Assembly (NCBI RefSeq): GCF_004010195.1
Contig: NC_057711.1
Coordinates: 19,306,980 to 19,370,979 of the forward strand
Length of the DNA stretch: 64,000 nucleotides
DNA from: Chiloscyllium plagiosum
Lineage: Eukaryota
Direction: 5' to 3'
How positions within the stretch are numbered: the first letter of the stretch is position 1; each line of letters begins with the position of its first letter. The notes beneath the pieces were generated by a model. It had not been told where the DNA came from. It made no database searches and was given only the letters and a program-made list of their open reading frames with translations. The translations under genes were made by a program, and so were the position numbers. Below, piece by piece: positions 1-13,200 of the stretch.

Positions 1-316
1 AGGGATGGGCAGGACTGGCAGCTTAATGTTCCAGGATACAAATGCTAAAGAAAGTACAGAAAGGGAGGCAAGAGAAGAGGGGGGTGGCATTTTTGATAAG
101 GGACAGAATAACAGCTGTACTTAGGGAGGATATTCCCAGAAATATATCCAAGAAAGTTATTTGGATGGAACTGAGAAATAAGAAAGGGATGATCACTTTA
201 TTGGGATTGTATTATAGACCCCCTAATAGTCAGAGAGAAATTGAGAAACAAATTTGGAAGGAGATCTCAGTTATCTGTAAGAATAATAGAGTGGTTATGG
301 TAGGGGATTTTAACTT

Positions 317-523
317 GCTGAAAATGTGTTGCCGGAAAAGCGCAGCAGGTCAGGCAGCATCCAAGGAGCAGGAGAATCGACGTTTCGGACATGAGCCCTT
401 CTTGAGGCTCATGCCCAAAACGTCGATTCTCCTGCTCCTTGGATGCTGCCTGACCTGCTGCACTTTTCCGGCAACACATTTTCAGCTCTGATCTCCAGCA
501 TCTGCAGTCCTCACTTTCTCCTT
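317..523 (+). mobile_element. PLE-derived palindromic insertion, family A
   Basis: Inverted arms about 317-397 and 406-486, unpaired tail to about 523. TSD ggggattttaactt at 303-316 and 524-537 duplicates the host CR1 GDFN codons. The hammerhead is damaged at the centre. Confidence 0.88.
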
Positions 524-2201
524 GGGGATTTTAACTTTCCAAACATAGACTACGTCTGCCATAGTGTTAACGGTTTAGATGGAGAAGAATTTGTTAAGTG
601 TGTACAAGAAAGTTTTCTGATTCAGTACCTAGATGTACCTACTAGAGAAGGTGCAAAATTTGACCTACTCTTGGGAAATAAGGCAGGGCAGGTGACTGAG
701 GTGTCATTGGGGGAGCACTTTGGGGCCAGCGACATAATTCTATTAGTTTTAAAATAGTGATGGAAAAGGATAGACCAGATCTAAAAGTTGAAGTTGTAAA
801 CTGGAGGAAGACCAATTTTGACGGTATTAGGCAAGAACTTTCAAAAGCTGATTGGGGGCAGATATTCGCAGGTAAAGGGACAGCTGGAAAATGGGAAGCC
901 TTCAGAAATGAGATAACGAGAGTACAGAGAAAGTATATTGCTGTTAGGGTGAAAGGAAAGGCTGGTAGGTTTAGGCAATGCTGGATGACTAAAGAAATTG
1001 AGAGCTTAGTTAAGAAAAAGAACGAAGCATATGTCAAGTATAGACAGGATAGATCGAGTGAATCCTTAGAAGAGTATAAAGACAGTAGGAGTATACTTAC
1101 GAGTGAAATTGGGGGGGAAAGGGGATATGAGATAGCTTTGGCAAATAGAATTAAGGAGAATCCAATGGGTTTTTACAAGTACATAAAGGACAAAAGGGTA
1201 ACTAGGGAGTGAATAGGGCCCCTCAAAGACCAGCAAGGCAGCCTTTGTGTGGAGCCACAGGAGATGGAGCAGATACTAAATGAGTATTTTGCATCAGTAT
1301 TTACTGTGGAAAAGGACATCGAAGATATAGAATATAGGGAAATAGATGGTGACATCTTGAAAAATGTCCATATTACAGAGGAGGAAGTGTTGGATGTCTT
1401 GAATAGCATAAAAGTGGATAAATCCCCAGGACCTGATCAGGTGTATCAGAGAACTCTGTGGGTAGCTCGAGACGTGATTTCTGGGTCTCTTAAGGAGATA
1501 TTTGTATCATCAAAAGTCACAGGTGAGGTGCCGGAAGTCTGGAAGTTGGCTAAGGTGGTGCCACTGTTTAAGAAGGGTGGTAAGGACAAGCCAGGGAACT
1601 ATAGACCAGTGAGCCTGACATTGGTGGTGGGTAAGTTGTTGGAGGGAGTCCTGAGGGACAGGAGGTACATATATTTGGAAAGGCAAGGACTGATTAGGGA
1701 CAGTCAACATGGCTTTGTATGTGGGAAATCATGTCTCACAAACTTGATTGAATTCTTTGAAGAAGCAACAAAGAGGATTGATGAGGGCAGAGTGGTAGAT
1801 GTGATCTATGTAGACTTCAGTAACGCTTTCGACAAGGTTCCCCATGGGAGACTAGTTAACAAGGTTAGATCTCATGGACTACATGGGGAACTAGCCATTT
1901 GGATACATAACTGACTCAAAGGTAGAAAACAGGGTGGTAGTTGAAGGTTGTGTTTCAAACTGGAGGCCTGTGACCAGTGGAGTGCCACAAGGATTGGTGC
2001 TGGGTCCACTAATTTTCGTCATTTATATAAATGATTTGGATGCGAGCATAAGAGGTATCATTAGTAAGTTTGCTGATGATACTAAAATTGGAGGTGTAGT
2101 GAACAGCAAAGAAGGTTACCTCAGATTACAAGGGATCTTGATCAGATGGGCCAATGGGCTAAGAAGTGGCAGATGGAGTTTAATTTAGATAAATATGAGG
2201 T

Positions 2202-2504
2202 GCTTTTCCTGCAACACATTTTCAGCATTAAATGTATTAGTCCTGCTAAGATTTGCTGGCCCATATTCCTCCAAACTCTGCCTATTCATATACCCATCCA
2301 GATGCTTGTTAAACATTGCAATTGTACTAGCCTCCACCACTTCCTCTGGCAGCTCATTTCATATACATACCACCTTCTGAGGAATTCCTGAAGAAAGGCT
2401 CATGCCCAAAACGTCGATTCTCCTGCTCCTTGGATGCTGCCTGACCTGCTGCACTTTTCCAGCAACACATTTTCAGCTCTGCATCTGCAGTCCTCACTTT
2501 CTCC
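2202..2504 (+). mobile_element. Composite PLE family A insertion with captured, inverted local CR1 DNA
   Basis: Order: PLE snippet 2202-2226, inverted target-site DNA 2226-2257, inverted copy of 3022-3147 at 2256-2381, PLE end 2382-2504 (ctgaaga..aaaacgtc, decayed hammerhead, tail cctcactttctcc). Confidence 0.85.
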
Positions 2505-3592
2505 TAATACACATAATGGTAAGGTCCTAGGGAGTGTTGCTGAAGAAAGAGACCTTAGAGTGCAGGTTCATAGCTCCTTGAAAGTGGAATCGCAGGTAGA
2601 TAGGATAGTGAAGAAGGCGTTTGGTATGCTTTCCTTTATTGGTCAGGGTACTGAGTACAGGAGTTGGGAGGTCATGTTGCGGCTGTACAGGACATTGGTT
2701 AGGCCACTGTTGGAACATTGCGTGCAATTCTGGTCTCCTTCCTATCGGAAAGATGTTGTGAAACTTGAAAGGGTCAGAAAAGATTTACAAGGATGTTGCC
2801 AAGGTTGGAGGAGTTGAGCTGCAGGGAGAGGCTGAAGAGGCTGGGGCTGTTTTCCCTGGAGCATTGGAGGCTGAGGAGTGACCTTATAGAGGTTTACAAA
2901 ATTATGAGGGGCATGGATAGGATAAAGTCTTTTCCCTGGGGTGGGGAGTCCAGAACTAGAGGGCATAGATTTAGGGTGAGAGGGGCAAGATATAAAAGCG
3001 ACCTAAGGGGCAACTTTTTAACTCAGAAGGTGGTATGTATATGAAATGAGCTGCCAGAGGAAGTGGTGGAGGCTAGTACAATTGCAATGTTTAATAAGTA
3101 TCTGGATGGGTATATGAATAGGCAGGGTTTGGAGGAATATGGGCCAGGTGTTGGCACGTAGGATTAGATTGGATTGGGATATCCAGTCGTCATGGATGAG
3201 TTGGACCGAAGTGTCTGTTTCTGTGCTATACATCTCTATGACTCTATATCTGCCTTTTCAGTTGGATGCAAAATTTGACATAATGTATTTGTAAAAATTC
3301 ATTCAAAGGTTTTGGCTTCATTGGTTGCACTTATCTCTCGATGCCTTTGAAAAACAAGGATGAGTGATCTTCTTGAATCCCTCTTGTCCATTTTGTGCTA
3401 GTCTGAAGGGAGTTGACTCAGAGACATCGAAGGAACAATGATATATTTACAAATCGGATTGGTGAGAGGTTTGAGGGGAACTTAAAGGCAGTGATATCTC
3501 GTGTATCTGCTATCCTTGTCTTTCTAAATGGCAACTGTTGTTTGGAATTTGCTGTATAAGAAGCATTGGTGAACTTCTGCAATACATCTTGT

Positions 3593-3918
3593 GGGCGGCA
3601 CGGTGGCACAGTGGTTAGCACTGCTGCCTCACAGCGCCAGAGACCCGGGTTCAATTCCCGCCTCAGGCGACTGACTGTGTGGAGTTTGCACGTTCTCCCC
3701 GTGTCTGCGTGGGTTTCCTCCGGGTGCTCCGGTTTCCTCCCACAGTCCAAAGATGTGCAGGTTAGGTGAATTGGCCATGCTAAATTGCCTGTAGTGTTAG
3801 GTAAGGGGTAAATGTAGGGGTATGGGTGGGTTGCGCTTCGGCGGGGCGGTGTGGACTTGTTGGGCCGAAGGGCCTGTTTCCACACTGTAAGTAATCTAAT
3901 CTAATCTAATCTAATTTA
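3593..3918 (+). mobile_element. Full-length young tRNA-derived SINE (HE1-like V-SINE)
   Basis: A box tggcacagtgg, B box ggttcaattcc, V-domain-like core, CR1-like 3' end, (taatc)n tail, TSD atcttgt at 3586-3592 and 3919-3925. CpGs are retained. Confidence 0.92.
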
Positions 3919-3929
3919 ATCTTGTAGAT

Positions 3930-4520
3930 GGTTCACCCTGTTGCTACTGAACGTCAATGTTAGAAAGAGTAAATGATTGAGGATTTGATGCCTCTCAAGT
4001 GGGCTGCTTTGTTCTAGTTGGTGTCAAGCTTTGGAGTTGCAGTCAACACACCCAATAAGTACTCCATCCTGCTGGTTTGTACCTTTTAGATGCTGGATTC
4101 ACATTTGGGAGTCAGGAGGTGAGTTAATCACTGCAAGATGCCTCACTTTTGACTTGCTCTTGTAGTTATAGTATTTATATGGCTAGTCCAGTTCAGTTTC
4201 TGGTCAAGAGTAGCCCCTAGGAGAGTGGGAGAAACAGCAATGGTATGCTTCAATTCTCTTTTGTTGGAGATGGTCATTGTCTTGATGGACATTGTACCAA
4301 GTGAATGTTATTTGTCACATGTCAGCCCAAGCCTGGATATTGTCCGGATCTTATTGCATTTAATAATGTGCTGTTTCAGTGTCTGAGGAGTCATGAATGG
4401 TGCTGAATGCTGTGCAGTCATCAATGAACATCTTCACTTCTGACCTCAGTTGGAGGGGAGGTCATTGATGATTGTTGGTCTTGTTCACTACCCTGAGGTA
4501 CCCTTGGAACTGAGATGACT
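3930..4520 (-). mobile_element. Ancient degraded LINE RT fragment (same family as 30030-30490 and 36715-38960)
   Basis: Shares gtcagcccaagcctggatattgtcc (reverse strand DNIQAWAD) and neighbouring motifs with the other copies. Confidence 0.6.
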
Positions 4521-5719
4521 GACATTACTAAGTGAGGATAAGTTCTCAAATTGGAAAGAAGCTAGCTATTTGCCTGTACGATTGCATGTTGCTATAAACC
4601 AAAATCATGCTATCCTGTTCTTGGCTTGTAGAAACATGTATGACAATCTCATCCATTTGTATTTCCAATTAATGTCAGACATACACAGACATTCGAAAAC
4701 AACAGCTCTGCATACACCCGAAGGAAAGTTATTATGAATAAATTAGTCCTCATTGAAAATTCTACATCTTTGGAGATTGCAGATTATAGCACCTCATTTG
4801 ATGCTTCTCAGGGTAAAACAGATTTTTGTCCCTGAGCTGATTATAACTGGTAATACATAATCTGACAGAAAACAAAGTAACAGAATCATACATTGCACTC
4901 TGGCAGACAGAATATAACTGATGCAATTCTGCAAACATTCATTTTGTCTGTACTGTGAATACACTGACAGACTAAAATATCAGATACCTTGTGCAAATGA
5001 TGACAAACTGTGTTCAATAAAGTTTTCACTTGAGATTGATGAAGTTGATAGTGCCCTAGTCTCTCCATTAGGAGGTGGAGTGTTCAATGGCTACAGCAGA
5101 AATTTGAGGTCATAATCTATAAAAGTGTGGGAGAGCTAAATTGTTGTTATTCAAATAAGGGTTTAAGATTTACGTAGTACTTTAAGGAGACATTGGTATC
5201 TTTCCAAATCCCTGACCATCATTCTGTTCTCTCCATGATCAGTGCCTGCTTGTTCCTTTGGCCCTCCCTGGTGATGTGTTTGGTAGAGGGAGAACATTTA
5301 ACCAGCTAGCAGTGTGGCTGTTAGACCTCCCCTGTACCCCTGCTTTCTTGCCCCAACCCCACCCCGATGAAGTTGGTGGTAAAAAGGCTGAGGACGACCT
5401 TTTGGCTCTGCCACCAATTGGGGTTGTGAGGACCTTACTCTGTTGGCACTGGTATTAAAAGTTGTGGACTGACTGTGCACTGGGCTCTGACATGCAAACC
5501 CTAGTGTATTTGGGTGGAGGTTCCCCAGTAAGGTTGGTGAGGGAGGAGGTCTGTTGCCCTGAGAACCACTGTTGCTCTTGCAGTTGACCTCACTAGCCCT
5601 CCATTGTGTATCCCACTGCATGGTCCTCTTTCTGTTATCACTCACCTTTATCCTGGAATCCCATCAACAATCTTGGGACTGAATGGATAGTCTACAGGCT
5701 GCAGCTGCCACATAAGACA

Positions 5720-6420
5720 ATCAAACTACAAGAAATAGGAGCAAGCCATTCTGACCCTTGAGTGTGCTCCCCACTGAATAACATTATGGCTGATCTGACA
5801 TTCAGCATGTCCACTTTGCTGCCTTTTCCTCATAACCCTTGATTCCCTTATTGATCAGGAATCTATCTGAGCCTTAAATATACACAAAGACTATGCCCCC
5901 ACAACTCTCAATATCAAGGAGCTTCAAAGACACTGTGAAAGAAGAAACTCCTCCTTATCTCAGTCTTAAATTAGTGCCCTTAACTCTGAGATTATGCTCT
6001 TTGGTTCTAGATTCTCCCATCAACATTTACTCTGCCAAGCCCCTTAAAAATTTTATATGTTTCAGTGAGATCATTTTTCATTCTTCGAAACTCCAGAGTG
6101 CCAATCTATTCATCCTTTGCTCTTAAGATAATCCCTGTATACTAGGAATATCCCAATGAACTTTCCTTGATCTGCCTCCAATAAAATATTTCTTTAAAAA
6201 TAAGAAGACTAAAACTGTTCACAGTACTTCAGATTTGGTCTCACCAGCAGTTGCCCAATAGCAGTAAGTCTTCTCTACTCTTATACTCCAAGCCCCTTGA
6301 AATAAGGGCCAATATTCCATTAACTTTCGTGAGTACTGTCTGCACCTATGTGCTAACTTTCTGTGTTTCATGTACTAGTACCTCAAGCCCCTTTGTGTTG
6401 CAGCTCTCTGCAGGTTTTCT
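5720..6420 (-). mobile_element. Old CR1 3' fragment
   Basis: Reverse-strand CR1 3' UTR (aagaaataggagcaagccattc..) followed by degraded C-terminal ORF2 sequence. Confidence 0.75.
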
Positions 6421-6900
6421 GCACCTCCCTGCTGTTACTTTGAGGTGGGCAAGATGTCTTTTCCCATCACCAGCCTCCCTTGTTGTTTAAGAGTCTAAAA
6501 GGTCATGAAAAACGTAATATTCAAGAGTGTCCCATGCACCGTTCCATGAGGATTTCACGTGATATTGCGGGCAGGTTCTTGAAGGAATGAGATTAATATT
6601 CAGAACCTCCTCAAAGGTACTTTTACATTATCTATCGTATCAATGTAACCTGTAACTAGTTACTAACATGCAAAAAAAACCAAGAGATGTGTCTAGTTAG
6701 ACCTGAAAATGGTTTCCCTGTATCACAATAAACCAATAGTTTCCTACATTCAAAGAGGATCAAGCATCAACCTTCATCAGGAGCAACAACTCAACGCAGT
6801 GCAGTGAGCTGACATGTCCATACAACTGCTCCCGAGTTCTTGATCCAAGAGAAGGGTTCTCTGTTGGCCCTTAAGTACCTAATTGGCCCACAAATGATGG

Positions 6901-7108
6901 GTGGATAAAGAGGGGAGCTGGAAAAAGCACAGGAAGTCAAGCAGCATCAGAGGAGAAAGGGCATTGACAATTCAGGTCAGAAAATTACTGATGAAAGGTT
7001 TCGATCTGAAACATCAACTCCCCTTCACTGATGCTGTTTGACCTCCTGGGCTTTTTCCATCTCCACTCTTTATCCACTCCTGACTCTCCAACATTTGCAG
7101 TTCTCACT
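6901..7108 (+). mobile_element. Older PLE family A-related palindrome
   Basis: Arms run gtggataaagag.. (6901) to ..ctctttatccac (7077), with a tail to about 7108. Core ctgatga (6988-6994)..gaaacatc (7008-7015). Possible decayed TSD ccacaaatgatgg / ccacagtacgatgg. Confidence 0.75.
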
Positions 7109-7230
7109 AACCACAGTACGATGGACCTTCCCAAAGAGAAGCAATTGGGGCTCTTGCTGACTCTCCACCGATGTCGAAGATTCCTGTTACTTCCACAGGA
7201 TTCGGCCGCCTGTCATTCATTACATTTTGG

Positions 7231-7620
7231 CATCAGCCATGGTTCAGCTTTAGTTCGCTTGCCCATAAGCAAGAAACTGTGAGTTCATATGCACTTCAGA
7301 ACTTCAGCTGATTCATTAATGTAGTTCTTGCATAGTTGAAGGTGCTGTATTTCATGAGACATTAAATCCACCCAGGTGAATCAAGATGATCCTAGGTGCT
7401 ATTTCAGATAATCTATCATGATGTTCTGGCCACTATTTATCCCTCAACTGATATCTGTAAAACAGACTACAGGGCCATTACCATATGTTGTTGAATAGAG
7501 TTTGTGTGAAAATTGACCACGTTTCTTATTTTATCGCAGTGGCTACACTTCAAAAGTACCTCTGGCTGTAAAACATGCTGAGGTTGTGAAAAGAGTCATA
7601 TAAATGCAAGTCTTTCTTCC
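7231..7620 (+). mobile_element. Deu-domain SINE (SacSINE1/AmnSINE-like), degraded
   Basis: Contains tggccactatttatccctcaac..aaaacaga and the 3' end gctacacttcaaaagtac..tataaatgcaagtctttctt, which I recognise as DeuSINE-like. Confidence 0.7.
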
Positions 7621-8199
7621 TTTTTTAAAAGAAAAGTGCTGATCAGTATAAATATCTAACTGCCTCAAAAGAGTTTGAAGCTTTCTCAAAGCAGGCACTA
7701 TCTGTTTTCCAACTCGTCTAGCCAGATTATTTATTTTTATTATTGTAAGAAAGTAAGGCCACCATTTCTCTTGACACCTCACACTAGTGCTATTGGGTAG
7801 AGGCAGGCTTGTCCTGCAAATCTCTAGCCTGGCTTAGACAGGCCCACATACATAGCAAGGACTAAAATGATTCACACTCTTGTTAAGGTTACCTGACCTT
7901 CACCAATCTGACTGCTAAAGCTGCAAATTGGAAAATTGTCCACATTAAATGCATGAATTTAAATTTCAAGTGACAAATTTATTCCAATCATACATAAAGA
8001 TCTAGACATGAGATTATCATCTGAATTCGCTTATAATATAGAGCTGGTTAACTGATATACAAGCTGATACACATAGTGAAGACTTATTTGTCAGGAATAT
8101 CTTTAAAACATGCACTGTAACTTCAACACAGCAAACTAAGGAAATGAGGATGTGAATGATTTTTTTAATCCGGCTCCAAACCTTTCTTAATAATTTTCA

Positions 8200-10080
8200 C
8201 AGATTCAGTCTTCTTTTAAAGCCTTCTACCTTTCCCAGCCTTAAATCTGTTCAATGATGGATGATCCCAACTTACTTCTAGTCGAGAATTATGATGATGC
8301 ACAATCCTCTGAATACAGAAATTTCTCCTCACCTGAGTCCTAAATTTTTGACCCCTTCTTCAAAGAACATGCATCCTTGTTCTAGATTCCTCAGACAGGG
8401 GAAATCACCCTTTCGGTTCTGACACTTCAAAATCTTCTGAACTATAGTTATTATAGACCAGGCCTCCTATTACAGCACAAGTCCCATATCCAGGGACCAA
8501 TTCAGGGTGAGGAGAAATATTTTTAAGGTGAGAGAAGAAAGATTTAAAAGAGATATGAGGGGCAATTTTTTTACACAGGCAATAGTTCTTGTGTGGAATG
8601 AGAAGATGGTAGATGTCGATATAGTTACAACATGTAAGAGACATTTGGATAAGGAATACGGAAAGGTTTAGAGGGATATGGGCCAAGCACAGGCTGGTGG
8701 GACTAGTTTAGTTTGGGATTGTGATTGGCATGGAATGGTTGGACCAAAGGGTCTGTTTCCGTGCTGTATGACTCCTTGAACTTTTGACCCATTCATCCAG
8801 AGAACATTTGTTGCACTGCAAATAATGCAAGCACATCCTTCTTAAAATGGAGACAAAAACTGCACAGAGTAGACCAGGTGTGATCTCACAAAGACTAGAC
8901 AATTATGTCAAAGTTTTATTCTTTTTGAATTCAAATTGCTTTGCAATAAAGTCCAACATGCCATTCCCTTCCTAATTACTTGCTGCTCTTGTATGCTAAC
9001 TTTCAGCAAGTCAATCCGAATTTTAAAATTTTGAAATTTCATATCCATTTTAAAAATGTTCTTCTTTTCAAGTTTTATAACTAAGTTTAACAATCTGACA
9101 CTTCCCATATTGTACTATGTCGATCAATTTGTTACCCATCACTTAAACCTGTTTATGTCTCCATTGAGCCTCGCCGTATTCTTTTCATGGTTTGCATTTC
9201 AACCGAGCTTTGCAGTGTCAGCAACATTAGTTACATTACACTGTCCATTTGTCTAATCAGTAATATAGATTGTAAAGTGATAAGGCTCTCGAATAGTCAC
9301 AACCTGCCAACTTGAAGACGTTCCATTTATGCCCATTCTTCACTTCTTATCAACCAATCTTCTATTCTTCTATTATTCTTCTATTATTAAAATATTAAGC
9401 CCCAATTCAACACATTTGACAAATGCAGGGGGCAAATTTACCAGTATACATAATAGAATAGAAAATAGTAATAGTTCTTTGAGCCTGTTCTGCCATTCAA
9501 TAAGATCATATTGCACTGATTATTTCACATTCCTGCTAATCTGTGATCAAATTTCACCTCCTTGCTTATCAAGAATCTATCTAATTCTGCCTTAAAAATT
9601 CCCGAGGAATCTGCTTCCACAGCCTTTCGAGGATGACAGTTCCAAAGCTTCACCACTAGACAAAAGATTCCCCATCTCCGTAATATGTGGGATCCCTTAT
9701 TTTTAAACGGCGGCTCATAATTCTAGTTTCTCCAGTAAAAGGAAATACCTTTCCACATGCACCCTGATTCCAATGCGTTTACATCCTTCCTAAGATAAAG
9801 AGGTCATGATAATAATAGTTCTCTAGATGTGGTTTCATCAATGTCTTTTTTAACTGAAGCATAACCTCACCACTTCAATTCCACTGGCAATAAAAATTGG
9901 CATTCTATTAGCTCACTAAATAACATGATGTTCCTGCATACCAACCTTTTGTGATTCATGCACCAGGACTTCCAAATCTCTCTGCACCAAACTATCAACA
10001 AATCTATCTTCAATCCCTTCAACAGAGGTCATAAATAAAAACTGTAAACCATTGAGGCCTCAGCACTCATCTCTAAGTAA
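8200..10080. mobile_element. Cluster of old CR1 fragments (mostly minus strand; plus-strand 3' end at about 8505-8777)
   Basis: Recognisable CR1 C-terminal and 3' UTR motifs, e.g. ggaccaaagggtctgtttccgtgctgtatgactc. Confidence 0.7.
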
Positions 10081-10214
10081 AGCATGGGTTATGGAAATTC
10101 ACATTTCACACTCAAAAAAAATCCAGCATCTTGTTTCCTTTCTGACTTTGACTTTAATGTTGCTTGAAGCAGACTATTGACTTTCAGACTATTTTTTTTT
10201 TCCTGAACATGAAG

Positions 10215-13200
10215 ATCTGTGACTGATGATGTTTCTCTGGGATCAATGGTGGGACTCTTATTGTTTATAATACATATAAATGTATGTAGTATGTAGCAGA
10301 ATGTATGTAGTCTGATTATATGGACAACACAAAAATTGGGTGAGCTGCAGATTTGAGGAGGATTGTCAAAAGATACAGCAAGATGTAGATAAGATGAAGA
10401 TTTGGACATAGAAATGGCAGATGGAATTTAATCCTGTCAAATATAAAGTGATACATTTTGGATGATCTAATGCAGGAAGGAGGTATACAATAAATGGCAA
10501 AACGTAGAAACATTAAAATACAGCAGGATCGAGATATTCAAGTTCATAGTTCCCTGAAAGTAACAACGCAAATGGACAAAGTGGTCAAGAAGGGATATGG
10601 CATGTTTGTTTTCATTGGTCAAGGCAAGGAGTATAAATTTTGTCATGTTACAGCATTATAGAACTTTAATTAAGCTTTATTTGAAATATTGCATACAGTT
10701 CTGGTTGCCACAATCCTGGGAGGATGTGGCGGCTTTGGAGGGTTCAGAAAAGGTTGACAGGATGCTGCAATGCTGAAGCGTGTTAGCTATTAGGAGAGAT
10801 TGGACAAACCTGGTCTCTTTTCACTTGAATGCCAGAGGCTGAGGAAAGATCGAATACAAGTTTCCAAAATTAAGACAGGCATGGACAAAATGGACAGTCA
10901 GAGTCTCTTTCTCAGGGTTGAAATGTCATTAACTACAGGACATAGGTTTAAGGTAAAAGGGGGAAAGTTTAAAGAAGACAATAGACAATAGGTGCAGGAG
11001 TAGGCTATTCTGCCCTTCGAGCCAGCACCATCATTCAATATGATCATGGCTGATCATCCTCAATCAGTATCCTGTTCCTGCCTTATCCCCATAACCCTTG
11101 ATTCCACTATCCTTCAGAGCTCTATCCAACTCTTTCTTGAAGGTATCCACAGACTAGGCTTCCACAGCCTTCTGGGGCAGAGCATTCCATACACCCACCA
11201 TTCTCTGGGTGAAGAAGTTTCTCCTCAACTCTGTTCTAAGTAGCCTACCCTTTATTTTTAAACTGTGTCCTCTGGTTCGGGACTCACTCATCAGCAGAAA
11301 CATGCTTCCTGCCTCAAGAGTGTCCAATTCTTTAATAATTTTATACGTCTCAATCAGATCCCCTCTCAGCCTTCTAAACTCAAGCGTATATGAGCCCAGT
11401 TGCTCCAATCTTTCAGGGTAAGATAGTCCCGCCATTCCAGGAATTGACCTCGTGAACCTATGCTGCACTCCCTCAATAGCCAGAATGTCTTTCCTCAAAT
11501 TTGGAGACCAGAACTGCACACAATACTCCAGATGTGGTCTCACCAGGGCCCTGTACAGCTGCAGAAGAACCTCTTTGCTTCCATGCTCAATTCCTCTTGT
11601 TATGAAGGCCAGCATGCTATTAGCTTTCTTCATTGCCTGCTGTACCTACATGCTTGCTTTCATTGACTGATGTACAAGAACACCTAGATCTCGTTGTACT
11701 GCCCCTTTACCTAACTTGACTCCATTTATGTAGTAATCTGCCTTCCTGTTCTTGCCACCAAAGTGTATAACCACACATTTATCCACATTAAACTGCATCT
11801 GCCATGCATTTGTCCACTCACCTAGCCTGTCCAGGTCACCCTGTATTCTCCTAACATCCTCCTCACATTCACCCTGCCACAGAGCTTTGTGTCATCAGCA
11901 ACTTTGCTAATATTACTTTTAATACCTTCATCTATATCATTAATGTACATTGTAAAAAGCTGCGGTCCCAGCACTGATCCCTGCGGCACACCACTGGTCA
12001 CCGCCTGCCATTCCGAAAGGGAGCCGTTTATCACTACTCTTTGTGCCTGTCGGCTAACCAATTTTCAATCCATGTCAGTATTTTGCCCCTAATACCATGT
12101 GCCCTAATTTTACTCACTAACCTCCTATGTGGGACTTTATCAAAGGCTTTCTGAAAGTCCAAGTATAGTACATCCACTGGATCTCCCCTGTCCATCTTTA
12201 GACTTACATCCTCAAAAAATTCCAGAAGATTAGTCAAGCATGATTTCCCCTTCATAAATCCATGCTGACCCTGACCTATCCTGTTACTGCTATCCAGATG
12301 CGTTGTAATTTCGTCCTTTATAACTGACTCCAGCATTTTTCCCACCACTGAAGTCAGACTAACTTGTCTATAATTCTCTGTTTTCTCTATCCCTCCTTTC
12401 TAAAAATGTGGGACAGCATTAGCCACCCTCCAATACGCAGGAACTGATCCTGATTCAACAGAACATTGGAAAATGATCACCAATGCATCCACGATTTCTA
12501 GAGCCACCTCCTTCAGTACCCTGGGATGCAGGCCATCAGGTCCCGGGGACTTATCAGCCTTCAGACCTAACAGTCTCTCCAACACCATTTTCTGCCTAAT
12601 ATAAATTCCCTTCAGTTCAGGTCCTTCATTATTACATCTGGGAGATTGCTCGTGTTTTCCCCAGTGAAGACGGATCTAAAGTACTATTTCTTTGTTCCCC
12701 GTAATAAATTCACCCGTTTCTGTCTTCAAGGGCCCAATTTTAGTCATAACCTTTTTTTTCTTTTCACACACCTAAAAAAGCCTTTACTATCCTCCTTTAT
12801 ATTTTTGGCCAATTTATCTTCGTGCCTTATTTTTTTCTTTGCATATTTCCTTTTTAATAATCCTCTGTTGTTCTTTAAAAGGTTCCCAGTTCTCTGATGT
12901 CCCACTCATCTTTGCTATGTTATACTTTTTCCCTTTTGTCTTTATATGGTCCTTAACTTCCCTCGTCAGCCACAGCCACCCCTGCCTCCCCTTAGGATCT
13001 TTCTTTCTTTTTGGAATGAACTGATCCTGCATTTTCTGCATTATACCCAGAAATACCTGCCATTGTTGTTCCACTGCCATCCCTGCCAGGGTATTGCACC
13101 ATTGAACTTTGGCCAGCTCCTCTCTCATAGCTCCATAGTTCCCCTCATTCAACTGAAATATTGTCACTTCCGATTCTACCCTCTCCCTTTCAAACTGCAG

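Larger units (their letters stand above)
1..3247 (+). mobile_element. CR1-clade LINE (HER1-like), ORF2 endonuclease + RT + 3' UTR, frameshifted, interrupted by two PLE-derived insertions
   Basis: ORF pieces carry APE motifs (GLYYRPPNS, VMVGDFN, DLLLGN) and RT motifs ([47 protein letters not shown]). It ends in a CR1-type ctctatgactctat tail at about 3247. Confidence 0.95.

Noticed and set aside
317-523. MITE / DNA transposon interpretation of the palindromes
   Set aside because: The ends are asymmetric (one-sided tail), arm length varies, TSDs vary from 12 to 15 bp and hammerhead motifs are present. This fits retro-insertion, not terminal inverted repeats.
42-757. Mirror-image ORFs (MCCRKSAAGQAASKEQENRRFGHEP and MLPDLLHFS..), recurring at 2434, 22615, 50305-50612 and 61475-62325
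   Set aside because: They are translations of the palindromic insertions, not genes.
3418-3885. 155-aa ORF and tRNA-like sequence
   Set aside because: It is the antisense reading of a SINE. The A/B boxes belong to the SINE head, not a tRNA gene.
4679-4812. Possible 134-bp exon (HTQTFENNSSAYTRRKVIMNKLVLIENSTSLEIADYSTSFDASQ)
   Set aside because: Weak donor (gtaaaa), no recognisable homology, and insufficient support.
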